Shown: positions 1 to 9,719 of the stretch, piece by piece
Layout of the letters: each line of letters begins with the position of its first letter
Numbering within the stretch: position 1 is the first letter of the stretch
Source of the DNA: Oscillospiraceae bacterium
Lineage (GTDB): Bacteria; Bacillota; Clostridia; Oscillospirales; Ruminococcaceae
Length of the DNA: 64,000 bases
NCBI GenBank assembly: GCA_020024615.1
Contig: JAHHTP010000003.1
Span: forward strand, 4,112-68,111
Direction: 5' to 3'
Position numbers and translations under genes: made by a program
Notes under the pieces: model-generated
Told to the model about the DNA's origin: nothing
What the model saw: only the letters and a program-made list of their open reading frames with translations
Database searches by the model: none

Positions 1-1128
1 ATATGCCTCATAGTGCCCTTCACTCAACACAAATGTCCCAAGCATCACCCTGCGTTTCACTTCATCCCCGAATCCCTCGTTTCTGGATTTGATATATAGA
101 TCTTCCATATCGACATAACCCGTTGCCCGATACCCATACCGCACGCCATCAAACCGTGCTAAATTGGAAGAACATTCCGCAGATGAAATGATATAATATG
201 CAGATAACGCTGCATCGGTAGACGCCAGATGCACCATTTCCACCCTTGCTCCCATTTGTTGTAATTTCTTTGCAGCATCCAATACTGCGTTTTTTACAGC
301 AGGGGAAATCGATTTTCCAAAATATGCCTCAGGCAATGCAATTTTCATACCACTAACCCCCTGATGCAGTCCAGACAGAAAATCTACATCAGGATGTACC
401 ACCGAAGTCGCATCTGCCGGATCTTTCCCAATTATGACAGAAAGCAGCATCGCCGCATCCATCACCGTTTTGGTCATCACTCCAATTTGATCGAGCGAAG
501 ATGCAAACGCTACCAGACCATTTCTGGAAATCGCCCCGTAGGTTGGCTTGATTCCTACCATACCGCACATTGCTGCCGGAAAACGCACAGAACCGCCTGT
601 ATCACTGCCGATCGAACATGCAGCCATATTTGCAGCAACTGCAGCCGCACCACCGCCGGATGAGCCGCCCGGAATACGGGATATATCATGAGGATTTTTC
701 GTACAACCAAACGCTGAATGTTCAGTTGTAGAGCCCATCCCAAATTCATCCAAATTTTGCTTTCCAAGCAGGACAGTACCAGCTTTGTTCAGCATTTTTA
801 CCACATGCGCATCATAAGGAGGAATAAAGTTTTCCAACATTTTGGAACCACAGGTTGTACGGATTCCCTTTGTACAGATATTATCCTTAATGCCAATCGC
901 AATCCCAGAAAGAACCGATAATTCTTCTCCGTCAAGCCGCCTTTTATCAATCCGTTCCGCCTGTAAAATCGCCTCATCAGCACAAACCGTCAAATATGCA
1001 CCGATCATTTTATCGCGTTGTTCGATCTGCTCTAAATATGCTTTGGTGATTTCAACAGAGGATAATTCTCTTTTCGTCAGCAACTTTGATAATTGCTGTA
1101 TCGAATATGTTACAATTTCATGATTCAT
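1..1128 (-). CDS. gatA: Glutamyl-tRNA(Gln) amidotransferase subunit A (GatA). The N-terminal 376 codons are present; the C-terminus runs off the window start.
   Basis: Reverse-strand translation from ATG (rc at 1126-1128) gives MNHEIVTYSIQQLSKLLTKRELSSVEITKAYLEQIEQRDKMIGAYLTV and the amidase signature GGSSGGGAAAVAA. The start overlaps the gatC stop. Confidence 0.85.
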   Translation of the reverse strand, partial: MNHEIVTYSIQQLSKLLTKRELSSVEITKAYLEQIEQRDKMIGAYLTVCADEAILQAERIDKRRLDGEELSVLSGIAIGIKDNICTKGIRTTCGSKMLENFIPPYDAHVVKMLNKAGTVLLGKQNLDEFGMGSTTEHSAFGCTKNPHDISRIPGGSSGGGAAAVAANMAACSIGSDTGGSVRFPAAMCGMVGIKPTYGAISRNGLVAFASSLDQIGVMTKTVMDAAMLLSVIIGKDPADATSVVHPDVDFLSGLHQGVSGMKIALPEAYFGKSISPAVKNAVLDAAKKLQQMGARVEMVHLASTDAALSAYYIISSAECSSNLARFDGVRYGYRATGYVDMEDLYIKSRNEGFGDEVKRRVMLGTFVLSEGHYEAY

Positions 1129-1399
1129 TCTGCTTCTCTCCTACCACCTGCGGAACAAAAATATATTCTTCCATCATCTGCGGTGCATTGGCAAACAATT
1201 CTTCTCGCTTCATCGAAGGAACAATCCTGTCTTCTCTGATATGCTCCACCATACTTGTATTTTCACACTCTACCTCCATCCCATCCAGATGTGATACAAA
1301 TTCCACCATCTGCTGCATCTGCAATGTAAGCAGCTCTTTCTGCGCATCCTCTATACGCAGTTTAGATAACGCTGCTATTTTATCAATATCAAACATCAT
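1118..1399 (-). CDS. gatC: Asp/Glu-tRNA amidotransferase subunit C (GatC)
   Basis: 93-aa ORF MMFDIDKIAALSKLRIEDAQKELLTLQMQQMVEFVSHLDGMEVE..., typical GatC, immediately upstream of gatA with overlapping stop/start. Confidence 0.8.
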   Translation of the reverse strand: MMFDIDKIAALSKLRIEDAQKELLTLQMQQMVEFVSHLDGMEVECENTSMVEHIREDRIVPSMKREELFANAPQMMEEYIFVPQVVGEKQNES

Positions 1400-1632
1400 G
1401 TACTCCTTTTTATCAAATTTATACTGCTTTCATTATAGAAAAAAGCTGTCCTTTTGTCAATCTTAACAGACCTAAACCGTAAAAAATCAATATTTAAAAG
1501 TAAAATTTCTTTATTTTGCAAAAAAATCATAAAAAACTATTGGTTTTTTCTTTAAAATATTGTATAATGATTTTAATATTAAATTTTAGAATCATTGATT
1601 CTAAAAATAGGAACAGAAAGGATATTTTACCT

Positions 1633-2796
1633 ATGAACCAGCAAACCCTTCAGGAAGCATACTTACAATACTGCAAAACCACGGATATTTCGGAAATCGA
1701 AATCAACGATTCTAATGTATTTTACGAAGCAGAGCCGGTTAAGGCACTGCTTGTCGAAATGGATAAAGACAAACAATTTGCTGAGGATACCCTGACATTG
1801 ATTGCCAGTGAATTTAAGACAATGCCGCCGTACCGCGCATGCCTGTCCGCATTTCTGATCGGATTATTTGGCGAACGTGGCGTTACCAGTTTAAACGCAG
1901 ATCGTGACCTGCTCGACTATTATCATATTGCAGTGTCTTTTGTTATGAATTTTATTACCAGCATGGCTAAGGCAACCCAGACACCACAGCTCACCAAAGA
2001 ATTGATTATAAAATTTTTCCAGCAGCTTGATATTAAAAAAACAACCCAGAATCAACCGGAACTCATCGAGCTGATTAAAGGTCTGCCACGCTTAAGTACT
2101 GCTGTGATGAGCCGTATCGGAACCAGCCGCGCTATGCGTTCGTATCTGCGCAATACCAACATCTTTTTAGCCTGTGCCACTGTCGGTGTAGCCATTCCGG
2201 CTGTCGGTTTTGTCGCAAGTATGCTAGCCATCACTGAACAGGAACAGCTGCTTGTTTTATTCCCAAGCAATAAAATCGGCTTTGAGGTTACCGTTGAAGA
2301 GGTTTCCTCCAACTTCGAAGTATTTTCCTTGTTGCAGGTTGCGCTGGCAAAAGAAGGACATATGGCAAAACTCGGTCTTCCAGATTATAAAATCAATCAG
2401 GATATCGAACGCCTGCTGAGCCGTGAAGTCAAAGGTATCGTACCTGGTTCGCATATCATCGACACTGCAGCATTTAACTATTACAACCTGCACCCGATTG
2501 TCAAAGAAAACCGCGGTCGCTACCGTATGGACACCGACTATCTCTGCAATGGTGCTGAGAAAATCGAAGCAATGGGCACTTTGGACGGCAGACGAATCCT
2601 ACTTGCTGATCAATGTACCAAGCCAATTCAATGGGCAGATGCTGCAATCTATGGCATTCACCCGAACCTGCATCCGAAACTGACTATCAACCGTATTCTG
2701 CCAAAAGAAGAATTTGAAAAATGGGTTGATGCAGTAGAAGGAATTGGTTCCTATCAGACTGGCAAAAAAGACGATGAGGATGATTTCCGCTTATGA
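1633..2796 (+). CDS. Hypothetical protein (about 387 aa), no recognisable family
   Basis: Long ORF 1516..2796. The preferred start is ATG 1633 (MNQQTLQEAY...), preceded by gaaagga. The stop overlaps the next gene start (ATGA at 2793-2796). Confidence 0.5.
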   Translation: MNQQTLQEAYLQYCKTTDISEIEINDSNVFYEAEPVKALLVEMDKDKQFAEDTLTLIASEFKTMPPYRACLSAFLIGLFGERGVTSLNADRDLLDYYHIAVSFVMNFITSMAKATQTPQLTKELIIKFFQQLDIKKTTQNQPELIELIKGLPRLSTAVMSRIGTSRAMRSYLRNTNIFLACATVGVAIPAVGFVASMLAITEQEQLLVLFPSNKIGFEVTVEEVSSNFEVFSLLQVALAKEGHMAKLGLPDYKINQDIERLLSREVKGIVPGSHIIDTAAFNYYNLHPIVKENRGRYRMDTDYLCNGAEKIEAMGTLDGRRILLADQCTKPIQWADAAIYGIHPNLHPKLTINRILPKEEFEKWVDAVEGIGSYQTGKKDDEDDFRL

Positions 2797-3203
2797 TTCG
2801 ACAAGAAAAAGCAACCGTCTGTGCTGGAATTATCTTCCATGAAGGTAAAATTCTAATCGGCAGACGCTCCTATGGACTAACCACCAAAAACCTTTGGGAA
2901 TTTCCAGGCGGGAAAATCGAACCAGGCGAAACCCCTGCCGAATGTGTTGTACGGGAATGTATGGAGGAACTGCACATCACTCCAACTGTTGAAAGAGAAT
3001 TTGACCGTGCATTTTATGCTTATCCGGATCGGGATCTTGATTTTATTTTTATGATCTGTACACTAAAAGACCCCGAACAAGTGTCCTGCATTCAAAGCAT
3101 TCATTCTGAACTTGCATGGGTTGCACCGAATGAATTAGCAAGCTACGAATTCTGTCCAGCCGATAAAGATGTGATCGAAAAACTAATTAAAACTTATGCA
3201 TGA
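2793..3203 (+). CDS. NUDIX hydrolase (MutT-like 8-oxo-dGTP diphosphatase family)
   Basis: NUDIX box GGKIEPGETPAECVVRECMEELHI (GX5EX7REUXEEXGU). Confidence 0.8.
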   Translation: MIRQEKATVCAGIIFHEGKILIGRRSYGLTTKNLWEFPGGKIEPGETPAECVVRECMEELHITPTVEREFDRAFYAYPDRDLDFIFMICTLKDPEQVSCIQSIHSELAWVAPNELASYEFCPADKDVIEKLIKTYA

Positions 3204-3207
3204 AAAT

Positions 3208-3250
3208 GCCCCCGAATGCCTGATAATAGGTGTTCGGGGGTTATATTTTA
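3208..3250. terminator. Bidirectional intrinsic terminator between convergent NUDIX and nitroreductase genes
   Basis: Hairpin gcccccgaa-(loop)-ttcgggggt followed by ttatatttta. Confidence 0.5.
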
Positions 3251-3264
3251 TCAATCACTGTGCC

Positions 3265-3786
3265 TTATAACAACACATAATTTTTAAGAACCTCTTTTTC
3301 TCTCGGTTTATCTCCTGCCGATAATCCGATCGCCAGAGAACCAACCGGTTTGTAACCGTCTGGAACACCGAAACTTTTTGCTAATGCCTTTCCATCCTCT
3401 GACAGCATACCTTCAATCACACAGTTAATCCAACAGGTTGCAAGTCCCAACGATTGTGCAGCAAGCATCATGTTCAGCGTCGCCATCGACGCATCCTTCT
3501 CTGGCGCAATATTTCCCTCTTTGCCGAAAACCAAAATAATGGTTGGAGCACGGTAAAACGGATTTTTCTCTTCTGGCATATTGCAGGCATTCACGCAGAT
3601 TTTTCGAATCTGCTCTACTTTTGTGGCATCCTGTACTGCTACCATAAACCAGGACTGCTGATTCATTGCGCTCGGTGCCTGCATTCCGGCATTCAACACC
3701 TCAACCAACTCTGATTTGGTGATTTGATGCGGCAGAAAATTCCGACAGCTACGGCGTTCGTAAATGTTCTTCATTGCTTCGTTCAT
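3265..3786 (-). CDS. Nitroreductase family protein
   Basis: MNEAMKNIYERRSCRNF... with typical nitroreductase N-terminus (RRSxRxF) and length about 173 aa. Start taken at the internal Met of ORF 3265..3810. Confidence 0.75.
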   Translation of the reverse strand: MNEAMKNIYERRSCRNFLPHQITKSELVEVLNAGMQAPSAMNQQSWFMVAVQDATKVEQIRKICVNACNMPEEKNPFYRAPTIILVFGKEGNIAPEKDASMATLNMMLAAQSLGLATCWINCVIEGMLSEDGKALAKSFGVPDGYKPVGSLAIGLSAGDKPREKEVLKNYVLL

Positions 3787-3799
3787 TTTAAAATCCCCC

Positions 3800-4486
3800 T
3801 TATAGTACAAATGCGTTTTTGATTTTTTTCTCCCGAATTTTATAATCCGGAAGTACAGATTTCACAGCACGATAAAAATCTGGTGAATGATTCATCTGTA
3901 CCAGATGACACAGTTCATGTACCAATACATAGTCAATGCAATCAGTTGGCAACATCATCAGGCGGTAACTTAAATTGACCGACTTCCTGCTGCTGCACGA
4001 GCCCCATCGCTTCTGCGCTGAACTAATTTTCACCGCCTCATACTGCAATCCCATCCGCTGTGCAAACAGCGAAAGCCGTCCTGGCAAATATTCTTTTGCA
4101 GCCTGCTTGTAAAAAGCAGTCAGTTGTTCCTTGCGATTTTCCTCTGGCAGAAAAATCTCACCATTTGCACAGCGCATTTTCCCAGAAGCCAGCGGTCTGA
4201 TCAACATTTTTTCTCCCAAAAATGGAATGTATTCTCCATCTTTTAAGGTAGTCTGCGGCATATTCTGTTTCTGCTGTCTGTGTGAAATAATCCAGTTTAA
4301 ATGCTTCTGCAAGACAAATGCAATATCCTTATTTGTCATCCGCTGCGGTACACGCAGTTCCACCGAACCATCTACCAAGATTTTAACCGCATAGCTTTTT
4401 CGTTTGGCACGAATCACAGTATATGGAATATCCGTTCCCGGAATTAGCTCCTTCACTGCGGTAGATGCAGCAGCATACTGCACCAT
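3800..4486 (-). CDS. YgjP-like (DUF45/M48 family) metal-dependent hydrolase
   Basis: WGSCS...LVHELCHLVQMNHSPDFY (HExxH zinc motif in DUF45 context). The 5' end overlaps the prmA 3' end by 34 nt. Confidence 0.7.
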   Translation of the reverse strand: MVQYAAASTAVKELIPGTDIPYTVIRAKRKSYAVKILVDGSVELRVPQRMTNKDIAFVLQKHLNWIISHRQQKQNMPQTTLKDGEYIPFLGEKMLIRPLASGKMRCANGEIFLPEENRKEQLTAFYKQAAKEYLPGRLSLFAQRMGLQYEAVKISSAQKRWGSCSSRKSVNLSYRLMMLPTDCIDYVLVHELCHLVQMNHSPDFYRAVKSVLPDYKIREKKIKNAFVL

Positions 4487-5403
4487 CCATTATCCTCCAA
4501 GCGTTTTTCAACCACAAGTCCTGAATCAACCAACGCTTGCATAACTTCATCCGCACGACTGTCAATGATACCCGAAACAATCAGACTGGTATTTTCATGC
4601 ATAAACTGCTGTACCGTTTCGGATAAGCGAATAATAACATCCGCAACAATGTTCGCACAGATGATGTCAAATTTTCCATTTACCTTATCTACCAGATCAC
4701 CGCATACAAATTCACAGCGGTCAGTGACCTGATTCAACTCAGCATTTTCGCCTGCAATCTTGACAGCAACCGGATCAATATCCACGCCAATCGCATTTTT
4801 AGCACCCAGACACAGGGCTGTAATTGCCAAAATGCCTGAACCCGTGCCAATATCCAGAACCGCTTCATCTCCTTTAACCACTTCTTCCAGCAGAGTCATA
4901 CACAAACGAGTGGTTTCATGCGAACCAGTACCAAAAGCCAGACCTGGATCAAGCGTCACCTGCACCTGCTCCGGTTTCAAATCCACCTTTTCCCAGACTG
5001 GACAAACTACCAATCGTCTACCGATTTCCTGCGGATGATAGTACTGCTTCCATGCGTTCGACCAATCCTCCTCAGTGATGTCACCGAAAGATAACTCCAG
5101 ACTGCCCAAATCCACAGCTTTGTTCTGCTCTCTAAGCGCATCCAGCCCCGCACGCAGATTGCGCAATGTTTCCATACCGGTTAAATTATCCTCTAAATAG
5201 ATAACAATGGCAGTCGGTGCTTTCGCCTTTTCCATTAGGCTTTCTTCCACATAGTCCCAATGAATGGTGGTGTCGGTCAGGAAGTTATTGAAATCTTCTG
5301 CATCCTCAATGCAAAATCCGGTGATGCCGCAGCCTACCAGATAACCGCTGACAATATCGATTGCTTCGGTGGTTGTATAAATTCTAATTTCCTTCCAATT
5401 CAT
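4453..5403 (-). CDS. prmA: Ribosomal protein L11 methyltransferase
   Basis: 316 aa with PrmA N-terminal domain and SAM motif VLDIGTGSGILAITALCLGA...GVDIDPVAV. Confidence 0.85.
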   Translation of the reverse strand: MNWKEIRIYTTTEAIDIVSGYLVGCGITGFCIEDAEDFNNFLTDTTIHWDYVEESLMEKAKAPTAIVIYLEDNLTGMETLRNLRAGLDALREQNKAVDLGSLELSFGDITEEDWSNAWKQYYHPQEIGRRLVVCPVWEKVDLKPEQVQVTLDPGLAFGTGSHETTRLCMTLLEEVVKGDEAVLDIGTGSGILAITALCLGAKNAIGVDIDPVAVKIAGENAELNQVTDRCEFVCGDLVDKVNGKFDIICANIVADVIIRLSETVQQFMHENTSLIVSGIIDSRADEVMQALVDSGLVVEKRLEDNGWCSMLLHLPQ

Positions 5404-5546
5404 AAAGTTTCTCCTTATCCCAAATGTGATTATCTACATTATAACACAGTTTTAAGCAAAAAGAAATGCCTCTTTCATTTTTCACTTGACATTATAACCA
5501 AAATGCAGGATAATGATAAGAAAACGACACAGTTTAAGGAGTTATT

Positions 5547-5993
5547 ATGGCAGAGAAAAAAACAATCGAAATGTTTACTGATGGCGCTTGTTCCGGCAAT
5601 CCAGGTCCGGGCGGCTGGGGTACCATCTTACGATATAAAGGGATCGAAAAAGAACTTTTCGGTGGTGAACCAAATACCACCAACAATCGTATGGAGCTGA
5701 CCGCTGTCATTATGGGGCTTTCAGCACTTAAGGAATCCTGTAAAGTAGAACTGACCAGTGATTCTAAATATGTCATTGACGCCATTACATTAGGATGGGC
5801 GAAAAAATGGAAAGCAAATGGCTGGAAACGCGGTAAAAACCAACCAGCTCTTAATCCGGATTTGTGGGACAAACTTTTGCACCTGCTCGAACAACATGAA
5901 GTTACCTTCCACTGGATCAAAGGACACGCTGGACATGAAGAAAATGAACGGTGTGACAGACTGGCTGTTGCCCAGTCACAGAAATATAAGTGA
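5547..5993 (+). CDS. rnhA: Ribonuclease HI
   Basis: [18 protein letters not shown]...[10 protein letters not shown]...[19 protein letters not shown], a canonical RNase H fold signature. Confidence 0.9.
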   Translation: MAEKKTIEMFTDGACSGNPGPGGWGTILRYKGIEKELFGGEPNTTNNRMELTAVIMGLSALKESCKVELTSDSKYVIDAITLGWAKKWKANGWKRGKNQPALNPDLWDKLLHLLEQHEVTFHWIKGHAGHEENERCDRLAVAQSQKYK

Positions 5994-6003
5994 GGTTTGT
6001 CTG

Positions 6004-7122
6004 GTGAAACATATTTACCTTGACCATGCTGCCACCACGCCACTCTTACCCGAAGTTTTGGAATCCATGTTGCCATATTTCACAGAATATTACGGCAATC
6101 CGTCCAGTAGCCATCATGATGGTAGGAGCGCCAAAAAAGCAGTTGACACCGCAAGAGAGCAAATTGCATCTGCCCTGAAATGCCAGCCGGAACAAATTAT
6201 TTTCACTTCATGCGGTAGTATGGCGAATAATCTTGCCGTACTTTCCACAATCCGAAATCTTCCAGCAAATGCAAAATTGTTTACCACACCAATTGAACAT
6301 TCTTCGTTGCTTGCTCCAATGCAGTTGTATGCAGACAGGTGCATCTTCGGTAAGGTTGATCGCTATGGCTATCTGCAAACCATGCCAGAGCAGGACACCG
6401 CTTTTGCATCCATCCAGTATGCAAACAATGAACTGGGCAGCATACAAGATGTACAAAAAATTGTCAAGTACTGCAAGCAAAATCGAATCATACTGCATGC
6501 TGATGCCGTGCAGGCTTTTGGACAGATTCCCATTGACCTGTCGAAAGATGCACCCGATCTTGTCAGCATATCCGCCCATAAATTTTCCGGTCCAAAAGGC
6601 ATCGGCGCACTGATTGCAAAACAGCCAGGCAAACTTTCTCCTCTGATCTATGGTAATAATCGCAATACACCTGTCGCCGGAACCGAAAACACAGCAGCCA
6701 TCGTCGGCATGGGAAAAGCAGCTGAGCTTGCAGCCAAAAACCTTACTGTCAATATCGCACACAAACACCATTTGCAGCAGCTGTTAAAAGAACACCTGTT
6801 AAAATCCATCCCAAATCTCATAATCTTAACGCCCGAAACAAAGACACTTCCGGGCATTTTATCAGTCTGCATTCCGGGCGTCAATAGCGAAGGTTTATTA
6901 AGTGCTCTCGACTTGAAAGGGGTATCTGTTTCTGCCGGAAGTGCCTGCCATGCTGGTGAAAAAACAGCTTCCCATGTCATGACTGCAATTGGACTATCGG
7001 AAAATTTACTGCATTCGGTTATCCGCTTCTCTATTGGTATTCAAAATACCGAAGAAGAAATCATACAAGCGGCAGACATCTTTTGCACACTTACCAACAA
7101 TCTACTGCATTTATCACTGTAA
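6004..7122 (+). CDS. Cysteine desulfurase (NifS/IscS-like, class V aminotransferase)
   Basis: HIYLDHAATTPLLPEV...SAHKFSGPKGIGAL (PLP-lysine motif)...GSACHAG. Probable GTG start at 6004 after gagg. The long ORF begins inside rnhA. Confidence 0.85.
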   Translation: MKHIYLDHAATTPLLPEVLESMLPYFTEYYGNPSSSHHDGRSAKKAVDTAREQIASALKCQPEQIIFTSCGSMANNLAVLSTIRNLPANAKLFTTPIEHSSLLAPMQLYADRCIFGKVDRYGYLQTMPEQDTAFASIQYANNELGSIQDVQKIVKYCKQNRIILHADAVQAFGQIPIDLSKDAPDLVSISAHKFSGPKGIGALIAKQPGKLSPLIYGNNRNTPVAGTENTAAIVGMGKAAELAAKNLTVNIAHKHHLQQLLKEHLLKSIPNLIILTPETKTLPGILSVCIPGVNSEGLLSALDLKGVSVSAGSACHAGEKTASHVMTAIGLSENLLHSVIRFSIGIQNTEEEIIQAADIFCTLTNNLLHLSL

Positions 7123-7137
7123 TAGAAAGGTTTTATC

Positions 7138-7704
7138 ATGCCATCTTTCAACGCTCTGACCCTGTCCCATCAATTTATGACAGAACATGTTAAACCATCT
7201 GCATTCTGTATCGACGCCACCGCCGGTCGCGGATATGATACCGCGTTTTTAGCTGATTTGGCTGGAGATAACGGGAAAATTTTAGCATTTGACATTCAAC
7301 AGGAAGCCCTTGATTCCACTGCAGCACTGCTGGCAGAACGAAATTTATCCAATCGGGTACAACTGATTTTGGACAGCCACGCCAATCTTGAACAATATGC
7401 ATCCCCCGAATCAGTTGATCTGATCTGTTTTAACTTTGGCTGGCTTCCGGGTGGCAGTCATGATATTTTCACCCACGCCGAATCCAGTATTGTTGCCATT
7501 GACGCTGCGCTGCGCCTGTTAAAACCTGGTGGCGCACTATCTTTGTGTATCTACTACGGACGCAACAACGGTTACAGCGAACGGGACGCAATTTTAGATC
7601 ATCTAAAAAGCATTGATTCCAAAGAAGCAAGCGTACTGGTCTGCCAGTTTGTCAACCGACAGAATGATCCCGCCATCCCTGTATTTATCCTGAAAGGCAT
7701 ATAA
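7138..7704 (+). CDS. mnmM: SAM-dependent methyltransferase of the MnmM (YtqB) family, tRNA mnm5s2U34 methyltransferase-like
   Basis: Close resemblance to B. subtilis YtqB: IDATAGRGYDTAFLADL, FNFGWLPGG, NRQNDPAIP. Confidence 0.65.
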   Translation: MPSFNALTLSHQFMTEHVKPSAFCIDATAGRGYDTAFLADLAGDNGKILAFDIQQEALDSTAALLAERNLSNRVQLILDSHANLEQYASPESVDLICFNFGWLPGGSHDIFTHAESSIVAIDAALRLLKPGGALSLCIYYGRNNGYSERDAILDHLKSIDSKEASVLVCQFVNRQNDPAIPVFILKGI

Positions 7705-7935
7705 AAAGGGGGACAGGCAAACCTGCATCTCTTACAATTCTGTTCCCATGTATCATCGAATTGTAAGTTCACCTGACTGAATTTTCAGGAAGGTATCATA
7801 ATCCCACTGTCAATGCGATGTACCGCAGCCTCCGCAGTAAAATCAAGCGCACCATTAAACATACCGCCTATCTTTTCCCGCAGAATAATCTCGGTAAAGG
7901 TTGCTCCCCGAAAATTCTTTTCTAACCCACCCGGC

Positions 7936-8310
7936 TTAATCCCGTTGCACAAACGGCACAACCACTTCTCTCACTGCATCATCCACTGCTGAAAAACAAA
8001 AGCTCTGTATATCTGAAAGTTCTGTATGTAAAACTTCATATAGGGAGTTCAAATTATTCTGACCTACTGCATTCTGCATCAATCTTGGTAAGCATAACAC
8101 ATACTGGTATATTTTTCTCCCGCAGTTCTCGTTGCAGAGCGATACCAAATCAATGATTCTTTTTGCAGATACACTGATGCAATACCAAACCACATGAATC
8201 TGCATGCCATAATCATTCGGATGTTTGGTGCGCATTAAATCAATATATCCTAAAATATCCTGTCTGAAATGAGAAATGCAACAGCTTTCTGCCTTTATTA
8301 TACCAAACAA
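7936..8310 (-). CDS. Hypothetical small protein in an AT-rich region (weak)
   Basis: 124-aa ORF with no recognisable motifs in an AT-rich island that is otherwise ORF-poor. Confidence 0.25.
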   Translation of the reverse strand: MFGIIKAESCCISHFRQDILGYIDLMRTKHPNDYGMQIHVVWYCISVSAKRIIDLVSLCNENCGRKIYQYVLCLPRLMQNAVGQNNLNSLYEVLHTELSDIQSFCFSAVDDAVREVVVPFVQRD

Positions 8311-8576
8311 CCATAAAAATCCAAAACTTTTCTCATATTTTTACTTTCAACCAACTTTAAATATCTGAATTGTACTGATTTTATCTATATTATCGACTTT
8401 TTTTATTGTTTTTAAATATCTATGTTTACAATTTAACAAAATATGCCACATTTGGCTATTTGTTAGCTGCTTTTGTTTTTTTATTTAGTTCGATATTTTT
8501 TGTTGCTTTTGCAACAGACAAATAATCAAAAAACAAGTATAATGAGATTCGTCAACCGGGATATAGATACTCGGTC

Positions 8577-8606
8577 AATCAGACGAAATTTAATCAGACG
8601 AAATTT
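8577..8606 (+). repeat. Tandem direct repeat 2 x 15 nt (aatcagacgaaattt) in the rubredoxin 5' UTR
   Basis: Exact tandem duplication between the -10 tataat (8538-8543) and RBS aaaggagaa (8612-8620). Confidence 0.7.
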
Positions 8607-8628
8607 ATTTTAAAGGAGAAATAATACC

Positions 8629-8787
8629 ATGACTTATGTATGTGAATTATGTGGCTGGACTTATGATGAGTCAGTAGGCGATCCGGAAAACGGCATTGAA
8701 GCCGGCACCAAGTTTGAGGATCTTCCGGAAGACTTCGCTTGTCCGTTATGCGGCGCAGGTAAAGAATCCTTTACAGAAGCTGAATAA
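8629..8787 (+). CDS. Rubredoxin
   Basis: 52 aa: [48 protein letters not shown], with two CxxCG knuckles. RBS aaaggagaa 8 nt upstream. Not in the ORF track because it is under 60 aa. Confidence 0.85.
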   Translation: MTYVCELCGWTYDESVGDPENGIEAGTKFEDLPEDFACPLCGAGKESFTEAE

Positions 8788-8856
8788 CGTATCCCAAACC
8801 AATAAAGAAGCCGGCGCGTTCAATCTGAATCGTGCCGGTATTCGTTTCGCTGAAAT

Positions 8857-9543
8857 TTACAACATATCAATTTTTTTACCGTTTACAGCGATGATTTTGT
8901 CTTTGCAGAGCTTTTTTACCTCGCGCATCAGCGCACTGCGATTGACGCAGAGATAATCCGCAAGCCTGCTCCAGGTCATCGGCAATTCAATGCTGGCTCC
9001 TTTCTCACAACCAAGAAAAGAAAAATAGCACAATAGCTTATCCTTTGTGGTACGCTGACTTAAAATCTGTAAATGGGTGTTTAATTTTCTTGCTTTGACA
9101 GCAGCCAGACAAAAAAGATTATCCACCAGCTGACTATGATATGAGCAGGCATTTTCGCACCGCTTGATAATATCGCTGTATCGGATAAAAGTTATTTTAC
9201 AATCGGTAAGTGCTTCCACGACATAACCCCTGTCGGCAAGCGGAAGCAAAAACAACTCTCCGAATACTGCTTGGTCAGAAAGTTCTTCCAGAATAAAGAC
9301 GTTTCCCTCAACATCAGTTGCAACAACCTGTGCTTTTCCGGATTCCAGCACCCCAATTCGTTCCGGATGGCTGTGATAATCAATAATGGTTTCTCCAGCA
9401 AGATAGCTTTTATATTCTGGATTAAAACAGCAAAAGATTTTTTCTTTCTGTGTTTCATCAATATGGTCAAACAGCTTAACCTGACGGTTAAAATTGGGAA
9501 AATCGGAAAATTCCGTATTTTTCAAACAAAAAACTCCTTTCAT
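8857..9543 (-). CDS. Crp/Fnr family transcriptional regulator
   Basis: cNMP-binding-like N-terminus plus C-terminal HTH (TWSRLADYLCVNRSALMREVKKL). Confidence 0.8.
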   Translation of the reverse strand: MKGVFCLKNTEFSDFPNFNRQVKLFDHIDETQKEKIFCCFNPEYKSYLAGETIIDYHSHPERIGVLESGKAQVVATDVEGNVFILEELSDQAVFGELFLLPLADRGYVVEALTDCKITFIRYSDIIKRCENACSYHSQLVDNLFCLAAVKARKLNTHLQILSQRTTKDKLLCYFSFLGCEKGASIELPMTWSRLADYLCVNRSALMREVKKLCKDKIIAVNGKKIDML

Positions 9544-9719
9544 TTTTTCTTTTGTTTTATACCTATTATACTATCTTTTATTTCAGTATGCAACATAAAA
9601 CTTTTCGTCATTTCTGCCAGTTGCATTTTGATGGAAAGTCTGCTAGAATAGTATCTGCGAATGTCACACAGATCAAATTGACACAGAATAAAGGATTAAC
9701 CAAATATTGGAGGCCTCTC

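Noticed and set aside
364-1123. Several 60-99 aa plus-strand ORFs at the window start (364..663, 718..921, 842..1123)
   Set aside because: They lie antisense inside the well-supported gatA reading frame on the minus strand and have no coding-like composition.
5534-6076. 180-aa minus-strand ORF
   Set aside because: Antisense overlap of rnhA and the cysteine desulfurase start. Both sense genes have unambiguous family signatures.
9552-9719. Long N-terminal extension of the nrdD ORF (track start 9552)
   Set aside because: The extension has no RBS and is AT-rich leader. The ATP-cone Met at 9720 has a GGAGG RBS and matches NrdD N-termini.
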